Assembly: GCA_022340465.1 (NCBI GenBank)
Contig: JAJDNW010000033.1
Location: forward strand, 44,213-108,212
From: Deltaproteobacteria bacterium
GTDB lineage: Bacteria > Desulfobacterota > Desulfobacteria > Desulfobacterales > B30-G6
Length of the DNA: 64,000 nt
Direction: 5' to 3'
The position numbers and the translations under genes are program-made. The notes beneath the pieces are model-generated. The model saw only the letters and a program-made list of their open reading frames with translations, had not been told where the DNA came from and ran no database searches. This document shows, piece after piece, positions 55,760-63,551 of the stretch (positions within the stretch are counted from its first letter, which is position 1; every line of letters begins with the position of its first letter).

Positions 55760-56914
55760 TTATTTGGGAATACTGCCCACGATGTTGTCCACATAGTACA
55801 TCATGCTCAGCAGATCACTCTTGGAGGCCCTGGTTCCCTTTTTAATCTTCAGCACCCCGGTGTTGTCATAGATGGGGCCGCTGAACGGATCGAAAACATC
55901 CGGACCCTTTTTCATCTGCGCGTAGCGTTTCATCACCAGATCGTAGGCCGAAATCTCACCGAAATCCGCGGTTTTTATTTTGGCGGCCTTGAGGTCGCCG
56001 ACAAACTTCGGATTGATGCTGTTGTCGAAGCTGCCCCCCAGGATTGCCGCACCCTCGGCCGCCAGCCACCACATGTCATCGCTGGTCCAGGTCCCGTCAT
56101 GCAAGTCCTGCAGGATCTTGACGTACATGACGCCCCAGTCCACCAACTGGCCGGACACCACGGAGTCGACGCCGTAGGACTGCATGGGACTGTAATGACT
56201 GAAGGTATAAATCTGCTGGCCTTTTTCAGAGTGCTCCTGGCCGACTTCGATGACCGCCGGCGTGTCTTCGGTAAACGCCAGGGCATCGCATCCCTCGGCA
56301 ATCAATGCTTCGGCGGCCTCCTTGGCCTTGTCCGGCCCGTACCAGGCATAGATCCAGCGGACGTTCAGTTTGGCATTCGGGTTGGCCACTTTGATTCCCA
56401 GGGCAAAGGCATCGATGTGGCGCACCAGCTCCGGGATCGGGAAGGCTCCCACATATCCGATTTTATCGCTCTTGGTCAGGGCGCCGGCCATGATTCCGTT
56501 CAGATAGTACATCTGGTAGAGGTCGGCGAAATAGGTGCCTACGTTCTTTGACTGCTTGAATCCTGAGCAGTGCATGAAGTGCTTGTCCGGGTATTTCAGG
56601 CCGGCCTTGATCGTTTCGTCCATGTAGCCGAAGCTGGTGGTAAAAACCACGTCGCATTTCTGCTCCTGGATCAGCCGGTCGATAATTCGCGCCGAATCGG
56701 TCTCGCTCACCGATTCGATGAAAACCGTTTTCAGCCAGGGAAGCTTGGATTCCGCATATTTTCTGCCCAGGTCGTGCGCATGCGAGAAACCGTAGTCACC
56801 CACCGGCCCGACATAGATGAAGCCGGCTTTCATCGTTTTTTCCTCGGCCGAGGCAAAGCCGGAAACCATCAGAACACACAGGGACGCAGCCAACACCTTC
56901 AACAATGTTCTCAT
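55760..56914 (-). CDS. BMP-family (PnrA/Med-like) substrate-binding protein
   Basis: Signal peptide MRTLLKVLAASLCVLMVSGFASA. FIYVGPVGDYGFS pattern. Confidence 0.85.
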   Translation of the reverse strand: MRTLLKVLAASLCVLMVSGFASAEEKTMKAGFIYVGPVGDYGFSHAHDLGRKYAESKLPWLKTVFIESVSETDSARIIDRLIQEQKCDVVFTTSFGYMDETIKAGLKYPDKHFMHCSGFKQSKNVGTYFADLYQMYYLNGIMAGALTKSDKIGYVGAFPIPELVRHIDAFALGIKVANPNAKLNVRWIYAWYGPDKAKEAAEALIAEGCDALAFTEDTPAVIEVGQEHSEKGQQIYTFSHYSPMQSYGVDSVVSGQLVDWGVMYVKILQDLHDGTWTSDDMWWLAAEGAAILGGSFDNSINPKFVGDLKAAKIKTADFGEISAYDLVMKRYAQMKKGPDVFDPFSGPIYDNTGVLKIKKGTRASKSDLLSMMYYVDNIVGSIPK

Positions 56915-57168
56915 ATTTTATCTCCCCTTTCATTCCCAAGTAAACAAACGCTAAAGAACGCACTCCAATTCAATATATTGCTTGACGCACGTATCGCCGC
57001 AACCCACTGTTCCGGCAGACGTAAAATGAATTAATACGACAGTCCGGTCCATCAAGTCAACATCTGGATTGACCCCGTCTTTAAGATTGTTTTTATTGAC
57101 TTTCTCCTCTATATATGTTCTTCTTTAAGTTTACTAAAATCGATTTCCGGTGTTTCAGGAGGTGCAGC

Positions 57169-57579
57169 GTGTACGGTATAGAAGCAATCAACGCCTACAA
57201 CGGATGGGCCATGGCGCTCGCCGGTGCGCTCATTGTCATGTGCGGACTGGCGGTGTTGTCTTTTGTCATCTCGAAACTTCACATCGTCGTCGACCTGATG
57301 GAAAAACGGAAACAGGACTCTCCTGACGCGAGCCTTGCCATCCCGTCAGCATCGTCCAAACCGGCGCTCACGGCAGAACACGATCTTTCCAATCTGGAGT
57401 CAAGCGTGGCCTGTTATTACACAGAAACCGCCAAACTGGGAAAAACCTTCACCCTGCAGGACCTGTTCGCCGTTTTCAGAGAGTGCGATTTTCCCCATCC
57501 GCACCTGACCATTCGCTCGCTCAAAGAAAAGGGCCTTTTGATACCGGCCGGCGAAGGCCTGTTCACCTGGAAGGGCTGA
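57169..57579 (+). CDS. OadG-like small membrane subunit with C-terminal extension
   Basis: GTG 57169 is 6 nt after SD GGAGG. NGWAMALAGALIVMCGLAVLSFVI is a single TM like decarboxylase gamma subunits, plus about 90 extra residues. Confidence 0.5.
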   Translation: MYGIEAINAYNGWAMALAGALIVMCGLAVLSFVISKLHIVVDLMEKRKQDSPDASLAIPSASSKPALTAEHDLSNLESSVACYYTETAKLGKTFTLQDLFAVFRECDFPHPHLTIRSLKEKGLLIPAGEGLFTWKG

Positions 57580-57666
57580 ACAAGGAACGCTTCGCTGTTC
57601 ACATAGAAACAAGCGTGGATAGAATCATCCGTTAACATTTGATAAATTAACGAAAGTGTATCTGCC

Positions 57667-58794
57667 ATGGAACTTTTAATTCAATTTCTTTCAAATACCG
57701 GGTACTATCTTGCCGACTACCGTCATGTTATCATGCTCTGCGTTGCCTGCGTCTTCCTGTACCTGGCCATCGCGAAAGAGTATGAGCCGTTGCTGCTTTT
57801 GCCCATCGGCTTCGGGATCATTGTGGGCAATGTCCCCTTTTTCAAGGGATTCGGATTGGGCATCTATGAACCCAACTCCGTGCTTCACTATCTCTATTTC
57901 GGTGTGACCACCGGTATCTATCCGTCTATCGTCTTTCTGGGCCTGGGAGCCATGACCGACTTTTCCTCGCTGCTGCTGAGGCCGAAATTGATGCTGCTGG
58001 GCGCCGCAGCCCAGATGGGCATTTATTTCACGCTGCTCAGCGCCCTGGCGCTGGGATTCATGCCCAAGGAGGCCGCATCCATTGCCATCATCGGCGGTGC
58101 CGACGGCCCCACTTCCATATTTCTTACCGCCAAGCTGGCGCCACACCTGATCGGCCCCATCGCCATTGCCGCATACTCCTACATGGCCCTCATTCCCATT
58201 ATTCAACCACCGATCATGCGGCTGTTGACCACCAAAAAGGAACGCCTCATTCGAATGCCTGAAGATGAACGCACGGTTTCCAGAAAAGAACTGCTTATTT
58301 TTCCCGTTATCGGCGTGATCCTGTGCTGCTTTCTGGCACCCGCTTCCATACCGTTGCTGGGGACTTTCTTTTTCGGCAACATCTTGCGCGTTTCGGGGGT
58401 GGTTGACCGGCTGGCCAAAACCGCGAGCTCGGCCATCATAGACACCGCCACCATATTCCTCGGTTTCACCGTTGGCGCCAGCACCCAGGCCGATGTGTTT
58501 CTGACCCCCAAGTCGGTGGGAATTTTCGCTTTGGGGGCGATTGCTTTCAGCATTGCGACCGCTTCCGGGGTTCTTTTCGCCAAAATCCTGAACCTGTTTT
58601 CCAAAAGCAAGATCAACCCCCTTTTGGGGGCTGCCGGTGTGTCCGCCGTTCCCGGATCGGCACGGGAGGTTCACCTGGTGGGACAGCATGAGGATCCGGG
58701 GAATTACCTCTTGATGCACGCCATGGCCTGCAATTCATCGGGCGTCATCGGATCGGCCATCTGTGCTGGCATTTTGTGGAGCTTCATGGTATAA
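57667..58794 (+). CDS. sodium ion-translocating decarboxylase beta subunit
   Basis: 375-aa polytopic ORF. EYEPLLLLPIGFG, GGADGPTSIF, GAAGVSAVPGSAR patterns of OadB/GcdB/MmdB. Confidence 0.85.
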   Translation: MELLIQFLSNTGYYLADYRHVIMLCVACVFLYLAIAKEYEPLLLLPIGFGIIVGNVPFFKGFGLGIYEPNSVLHYLYFGVTTGIYPSIVFLGLGAMTDFSSLLLRPKLMLLGAAAQMGIYFTLLSALALGFMPKEAASIAIIGGADGPTSIFLTAKLAPHLIGPIAIAAYSYMALIPIIQPPIMRLLTTKKERLIRMPEDERTVSRKELLIFPVIGVILCCFLAPASIPLLGTFFFGNILRVSGVVDRLAKTASSAIIDTATIFLGFTVGASTQADVFLTPKSVGIFALGAIAFSIATASGVLFAKILNLFSKSKINPLLGAAGVSAVPGSAREVHLVGQHEDPGNYLLMHAMACNSSGVIGSAICAGILWSFMV

Positions 58795-58853
58795 TCCTTT
58801 CATACCTTCACCCAATCGAGCTGATTGTTAACAAGTATAAGGCTTGAATCTTA

Positions 58854-58960
58854 TCGCTATTTTTATAGCGTTTGGAAGCGCCTGCCGCGGATATTGTCGA
58901 TCAATATCGATTACCCACGGCAGCTCATATTTCCAAACGTTATTCCACCAAACGCTATAA
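58854..58960 (+). promoter_or_regulatory. multi-copy AGCGTTTGG motif / long hairpin leader upstream of ABM gene
   Basis: TATAGCGTTTGGAA (58864-58877) can pair with TTCCAAACGTTAT (58931-58943) or with CCAAACGCTATAA (58948-58960). Inner stems are CTGCCGCGG/CCACGGCAG and ATATTG/CAATAT. Confidence 0.45.
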
Positions 58961-58975
58961 GGGAAGGGGGTAAAG

Positions 58976-59278
58976 ATGCTTGCGAAAGTATTGATCAAGA
59001 GGCAATTCAAGGACGGTCACACCCAGGAAATCGTCAACCTTCTAAACGATCTGCGCTCAGCCGCCATGCGGCAACCCGGCTACATTTCCGGTCTGACCCT
59101 TATGCTGCCGGAAAACCCGAACATCATGCTGGTTATCGGGACCTGGCAGACCATAGATGACTGGATCCGATGGAAAGGCAATGCCGAACGGACCCGGCTG
59201 GAAGCCATGCTCGATATCTACCAGGAGGGCCCGACACAATACGAGGCCTATGTCGTGGGCACCGGATTCAGCCAATAG
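58976..59278 (+). CDS. antibiotic-biosynthesis-monooxygenase (ABM/Dabb fold)-like protein
   Basis: 100 aa. MLAKVLIKRQFKDG..PGYISGLTLM..WQTIDDWIRW pattern. G-rich SD GGGAAGGGGG. Confidence 0.65.
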   Translation: MLAKVLIKRQFKDGHTQEIVNLLNDLRSAAMRQPGYISGLTLMLPENPNIMLVIGTWQTIDDWIRWKGNAERTRLEAMLDIYQEGPTQYEAYVVGTGFSQ

Positions 59279-59514
59279 TGCCCAGGCAATCGTCCTCTTC
59301 CCGGCTTAAGATCAGGCTTTTATCACCGGATTACCATAAGCACCGCTTCGCGGATGGCTCCGGTAATGCGGCCCATCATTCAGACCGCGGCCTTTCATGA
59401 AATCCGTACTTTTCCCTTGTAAGCACCGTCCTAAAAAGCTATAAGTAATTCCTTTAATATTTTTCTATTATAATCAATTCAGATGGTTATCTCCACCTGA
59501 GGAAGGATACAGCT

Positions 59515-60129
59515 ATGGGGTTTTTGTCACCGACGACATCCCTGACCCGCTACCGAGTCGAAGGCAAGCTCGACGACCCGGTGATGGACAATATCTGCAG
59601 AGGGCTCACCGGAAACGCCATATCCAACATCGATGACGACGCGGCAGAAAGGATCATTGGCTGGACCGCTTTCAGCGACCCGTTTGTTCCCGGCTTCGAG
59701 GGCTCCAATTTCTCCATCGGTTCCTATTTCATCTTTTCCCTGCGTATCGACAAAAAAACGATTCCGGCTAAAGTCGTTCAGAAATATTTCGCCATCGAAC
59801 TGTCTAAAAAGCTGAAGGCCACCGGGCGTGAATTTTTGTCCAGGAATGAAAAAAAGATGCTCAAGGAACACGTTATCAACCTTTTGGCATTGCGGATTCC
59901 GGCTACCCCGAACATATACAACCTGCTCTGGGACCATGAAGGCAAAAGCCTCTGGTTCTTCACCAACCTGAAAAATCCCTGCGAAGAACTGGAAACCCTT
60001 TTTTTGAGCTCTTTTCACCTGAAGCTGATTCGACTTTTCCCATATACCATGGTTGAGTTCCACGGGGGGCTTTCCGGAAATGAATATGACGCATTCACCA
60101 AGCTCACCCCCAAACGACTGACGGAGTAA
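59515..60129 (+). CDS. RdgC-like protein, N-terminal/central part
   Basis: TRYRV start, IGWTAFSDPF, LRIDKKTIPAKVVQKY..LSRNEKKMLKEHVINLLALR..LWFFTN parallels E. coli RdgC residues ~1-190 as I recall that sequence. Confidence 0.55.
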   Translation: MGFLSPTTSLTRYRVEGKLDDPVMDNICRGLTGNAISNIDDDAAERIIGWTAFSDPFVPGFEGSNFSIGSYFIFSLRIDKKTIPAKVVQKYFAIELSKKLKATGREFLSRNEKKMLKEHVINLLALRIPATPNIYNLLWDHEGKSLWFFTNLKNPCEELETLFLSSFHLKLIRLFPYTMVEFHGGLSGNEYDAFTKLTPKRLTE

Positions 60130-60132
60130 CGC

Positions 60133-60669
60133 ATGCTGGACATCGCCACCGCCTACAACCGCTACAAATTTTTAGGGTATGAATACTTGACCTGGCTCTG
60201 GTTCGCCATAGAAAACGATCCGGGAAATCTGCAGAAAGGAGCGCTAACGTCAGGCGAAGGGGGGGAGGTACATCTCGGCAACCGCATCGTCCTCGAAAAT
60301 TTTACCAGTGACAAACCCCAAAGCATCACGATTAAAGGCGACGATCCCGATTTAGACGCCGCCCTGCTATTTTTGAAAAGCGGCGCACTCGTCACCGAAA
60401 TCAATCTGGTTTTCAAATTCAACGAACTGGAATGGCATTTCACCCTGAAAGGCGATAGCCTTTCCATCACCAACCTGAAAATGCCCCAAAAAGGCCCGGT
60501 GGACACACTTGAAGATACCGAAGGGGCTGTTCTGGAACAGGCGTACCTCCTCGAGCAACTCCTTCAGTACCACGATTTCCTTTTCCAAAAATTCATCCGG
60601 TTAAGGGTTTCATCCGACTGGGACAAACACTTCACTCTGGCGTTTAACAAGTGGCTGGAGGCGTCGTGA
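60133..60669 (+). CDS. RdgC C-terminal-like protein
   Basis: YEYLTWLW, ITIKGDDPDLDAALLFLKSGALVTEINLVF..WHFTLKGDSLSITNLKMP..LEQAYLLEQLL..LFQKF parallels the C-terminal third of RdgC. SD GGAG, 3-nt gap from the upstream stop. Confidence 0.45.
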   Translation: MLDIATAYNRYKFLGYEYLTWLWFAIENDPGNLQKGALTSGEGGEVHLGNRIVLENFTSDKPQSITIKGDDPDLDAALLFLKSGALVTEINLVFKFNELEWHFTLKGDSLSITNLKMPQKGPVDTLEDTEGAVLEQAYLLEQLLQYHDFLFQKFIRLRVSSDWDKHFTLAFNKWLEAS

Positions 60670-61538
60670 AGAAAGACGGTCAGTTCGAAGGACGCAGCGG
60701 AAGGTTTCACTTCATCGACTGGGGGGGAAATTCGCAATACGCACATTTTTCACATGCAACCGGCCTTTGCGCAGCGGCTTACACGCCCTTGGCCCGGTGC
60801 CTGACCGGGAAGTTGCATATGATCGGCCTGGACGATCGGGGCCACGGAAAAACCGACGCACCGGCCGACCCGGCCCGGTTGAAGGGGTGGAACGTTTTTG
60901 CAGGTGACCTTGAACCGTTTCTAGAATCCTGGAAAGCCCCCTTCGTGGCCATGGGGCACTCCCGCGGTGCGGTTTCCAGCCTCCTTTTGGCATGCAAGAG
61001 GCCCGACCTCGTCAAGGCCTTGGTGCTCGTCGACCCCACCATTCTGCCGTTGGCGTTCACATGGTATATTTATTTCTTAAAAAAAACCGGGCTGATCCGG
61101 CATATACCCATCGCCAGCCGCGCCGCCAAGCGCCAGGCGGAGTGGCCTGATATGCAGACGATCCGCTCCGTTTACCGGAAGAAATCCATGTTCCGCACAT
61201 GGGACCCTGAATGCTTCGACGGTTATCTTGAAGACGGAACCCGGGGAAATGGTCACGGCTCTCTCCGGCTCAGCTGTACTCCGGCATGGGAATCCCGCTG
61301 TTTTTCCGTTTATCCCCACAACCTTTGGCACTTCATTCCAAAAATACGGCAACCCACTCTGGTTGTTTACGGAGGACGCTCGAACACCTTTCGTAAGAAC
61401 GCCGTCAAACGATTGCGACGGCAGGTACCCCACGCGCACTTTCACTGTTTCAGGGAAAACGGACATTTTGTTCCCCTGGAAAAGCCCGTGGCAACGGCCG
61501 ACGTCATTCTGGACTTTGTCGGCTCGTTGGATTTTTGA
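60666..61538 (+). CDS. alpha/beta hydrolase
   Basis: GLDDRGHG, nucleophile elbow GHSRG. GTG 60666 overlaps the upstream TGA (GTGA) and follows SD GGAGG. Track start is GTG 60651. Confidence 0.75.
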   Translation: MKKDGQFEGRSGRFHFIDWGGNSQYAHFSHATGLCAAAYTPLARCLTGKLHMIGLDDRGHGKTDAPADPARLKGWNVFAGDLEPFLESWKAPFVAMGHSRGAVSSLLLACKRPDLVKALVLVDPTILPLAFTWYIYFLKKTGLIRHIPIASRAAKRQAEWPDMQTIRSVYRKKSMFRTWDPECFDGYLEDGTRGNGHGSLRLSCTPAWESRCFSVYPHNLWHFIPKIRQPTLVVYGGRSNTFRKNAVKRLRRQVPHAHFHCFRENGHFVPLEKPVATADVILDFVGSLDF

Positions 61539-61557
61539 TGTGTATGCAAAAGATGGT

Positions 61558-63003
61558 ATGGTGGCAGACATGAACCCGTCGATCTTCATCTGCAATTGCC
61601 TGGCAGACCTGAGCGATGGTCTGCGGGAGGGTCTTTCCCACTTCTCCGGCCCCAGTCGGACGGCAGTGATCTATGCCATAGAACCGGAGGAAGCACTGCA
61701 TATTTACGATCCCCAAAACCTGCTTCAGGGACATGAGCCCCGGTTCAAAGAGCTGTACATCGACAGTCGTGCCTGGCAGCGAACCCCCTCCGGGGCTTTC
61801 CTAAAAAACGGTTCCTTCCACATGATACCGGAAAAAAATATCCAGCTAGCCGGTCTAATCTCCTACGGCGGACGGTCCAGTTCGGTATTTTATCAGATGT
61901 GGTTCTCCGAACACCACCCCGACATGTGCGCCGTCGGCCCGACCGAACGGTGGCTCGAGCATGCCGCCTGGCGGTTTTCCCATGACGTGGCCAACGATGA
62001 GCAGCTTTACACGGGCATTTCCGGTAGCTTTCTGCGTGAATATGCCACCCATGCCGTACGTGATTTCATCGTTGATGAAATGAACGTCAGTCTTGGATGG
62101 GATACCCAGTTAAGGGTTTACCCCATTCTGGACACGATCCTGGGCATCGGAAATACCCGCGAAGAGGGTGCCTGGCCACGGGGTGAGTTGGCCTTCGTCG
62201 AAAAAAAGGCCTTGACCGACATTCGTTTTGTCGCCAGTTTCCCCGAAATGGAGCAACCCAACCTGAGTAATTTCAAGCACGTGCGCAAACTGCTGCTGGC
62301 CGTTGAAAATTCCACCCGCAAGCTTGTTTCCCAGGGGCAAACCATTATCGGCATATCGGAAGACTATATCAACGACTTCTGCATCAACGCCGAGTTCAAC
62401 GGCCGCCATGGGTTTATACGCCTAAATGGGGACACGGTGTGCAGTTTTTCAGACGGCAGTTATCGCTCCACCACCCATCGAGCCAAGCTCGTCCAGGTCG
62501 AGGAGATGCTCCTGGAATCCGACCTGGATCCGGAAGACAGCAGTTTTCTTTTCAAAATCGTCTGTGCCCTCGCGCACCATGCCGAAAGTGATAAATTCGG
62601 CTGCACCCTCGTTCTGGACTTGAATGAGAAACCGGTGACCATTTCCGGACAAAAGCTGAAGGAACCCATCGACCTGCGGCAGTTGAACTATCTCGAGTTG
62701 GCCAAGTCGTTGGCCAAGGTCGACGGCGCCTTGCACATCTGCCGGGATATGAAACTGCACGCCTTCGCCTGCCTGCTGGATGGGCGCAGCATTCCCAGTG
62801 AAGACCGCGCCAGGGGCGCCCGGTTCAACTCCGCCCTTCGGTTCACGGCCGAACACCGCAGCCTGATTGTCGTTGTGGTTTCTTCGGATCGCCCGGTGTC
62901 CACTATCCAGGAGGGAATAGAGGTCAGCGCCCAGTGCCAATGGCATCCGGAATCCACCTGTACCGTGCAACACCCGACGCTCGAGGAACGGGTCTGCGAA
63001 TAA
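61558..63003 (+). CDS. protein with C-terminal diadenylate-cyclase-like (DisA_N-like) domain, degenerate catalytic motif
   Basis: C-terminal ~150 aa: GCTLVLD, KVDGALHI, RGARFNSALRF, LIVVVVSSDRPVSTI follow the DAC pattern (GALIVIE, HDGA, GTRHRAA, VIVVSEETG). N-terminal ~330 aa unrecognised. Alternative starts at 61540 and 61570. Confidence 0.5.
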   Translation: MVADMNPSIFICNCLADLSDGLREGLSHFSGPSRTAVIYAIEPEEALHIYDPQNLLQGHEPRFKELYIDSRAWQRTPSGAFLKNGSFHMIPEKNIQLAGLISYGGRSSSVFYQMWFSEHHPDMCAVGPTERWLEHAAWRFSHDVANDEQLYTGISGSFLREYATHAVRDFIVDEMNVSLGWDTQLRVYPILDTILGIGNTREEGAWPRGELAFVEKKALTDIRFVASFPEMEQPNLSNFKHVRKLLLAVENSTRKLVSQGQTIIGISEDYINDFCINAEFNGRHGFIRLNGDTVCSFSDGSYRSTTHRAKLVQVEEMLLESDLDPEDSSFLFKIVCALAHHAESDKFGCTLVLDLNEKPVTISGQKLKEPIDLRQLNYLELAKSLAKVDGALHICRDMKLHAFACLLDGRSIPSEDRARGARFNSALRFTAEHRSLIVVVVSSDRPVSTIQEGIEVSAQCQWHPESTCTVQHPTLEERVCE

Positions 63004-63024
63004 CAATTGCACGGGCAATTGTTA
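63001..63024 (+). other. 10-bp hairpin spanning the stop codon of the DAC-like gene
   Basis: TAACAATTGC-ACGG-GCAATTGTTA. Not followed by a T-run, so not a canonical terminator. Confidence 0.4.
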
Positions 63025-63123
63025 TCAAACGCGGTTTCGCCCCTACCATTTAGAATATACAATATATAGTAGTATAAAAGGACTTAAACAACAATATAGC
63101 GTTAAAGAGGTGCCCGAAATAGA

Positions 63124-63144
63124 TGAAAATAGCGGCGAAGCCGC
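63124..63144 (-). terminator. rho-independent terminator of the 63195-63542 gene
   Basis: Minus-sense GCGGC-TTC-GCCGC followed by TATTTTC. Preceded by the 12-bp stem GCAGCGCCGTAA/TTACGGCGCTGC. The same GCGGCTTCGCCGC hairpin occurs at 12597-12609. Confidence 0.55.
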
Positions 63145-63194
63145 ACGCCGTAAGCGCAGCGCCGTAATCGTTACTGGCGCTTACGGCGCTGCGG

Positions 63195-63542
63195 TTACTC
63201 TTCGTGACCTTCTCGAATCAACAGCTCGCGGTACCAGCATGAAAACTCGTACATCCCCCGAAAACGATCTTCATCGTTGACGATGCCAAGACAAATCTCT
63301 AAAACCCCCCGACCGTAAGCGGGGCTGTACTCGTCCTGACTTCTGGTCTGTAAAAACTCCCTTACCAGCGTCTGGGTGGTCCGTTTACTCCTATCCCGGC
63401 GGATATCGATGGGATCTTTTGGTTCCTGAAAGGGATCCCATCTCTCGTACCCCCTTTTCAGAATCGCCTTCTGATTGCGGGGGGACATGGCATCGAAAAT
63501 CGCTTTTTTGCGGTTTTCATCTTGTTTGGAAAGCATCGTCAC
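63195..63542 (-). CDS. hypothetical protein
   Basis: 115-aa ORF with coding-like composition, 9 nt downstream of the YkgJ-type gene. No motif recognised. Confidence 0.55.
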   Translation of the reverse strand: MTMLSKQDENRKKAIFDAMSPRNQKAILKRGYERWDPFQEPKDPIDIRRDRSKRTTQTLVREFLQTRSQDEYSPAYGRGVLEICLGIVNDEDRFRGMYEFSCWYRELLIREGHEE

Positions 63543-63551
63543 GGCCGCCCC

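Noticed and set aside
49457-56551. Antisense ORFs 49457-50281, 53410-54033, 53638-54237, 54381-55238, 55739-56551
   Set aside because: These are shadow frames of the alpha/beta hydrolase and BMP ABC transporter genes, with no motifs and biased composition.
57691-58719. 342-aa minus-strand ORF opposite the decarboxylase beta-subunit gene
   Set aside because: Shadow ORF with Gly/Arg/Gln-rich low-complexity sequence. The plus strand gives a clean polytopic OadB-type protein.
61228-61557. N-terminal extension of the DAC-like ORF overlapping the alpha/beta hydrolase gene
   Set aside because: This is out-of-frame overlap with a well-supported hydrolase. Plausible starts (61540, 61558, 61570) lie just after the hydrolase stop.
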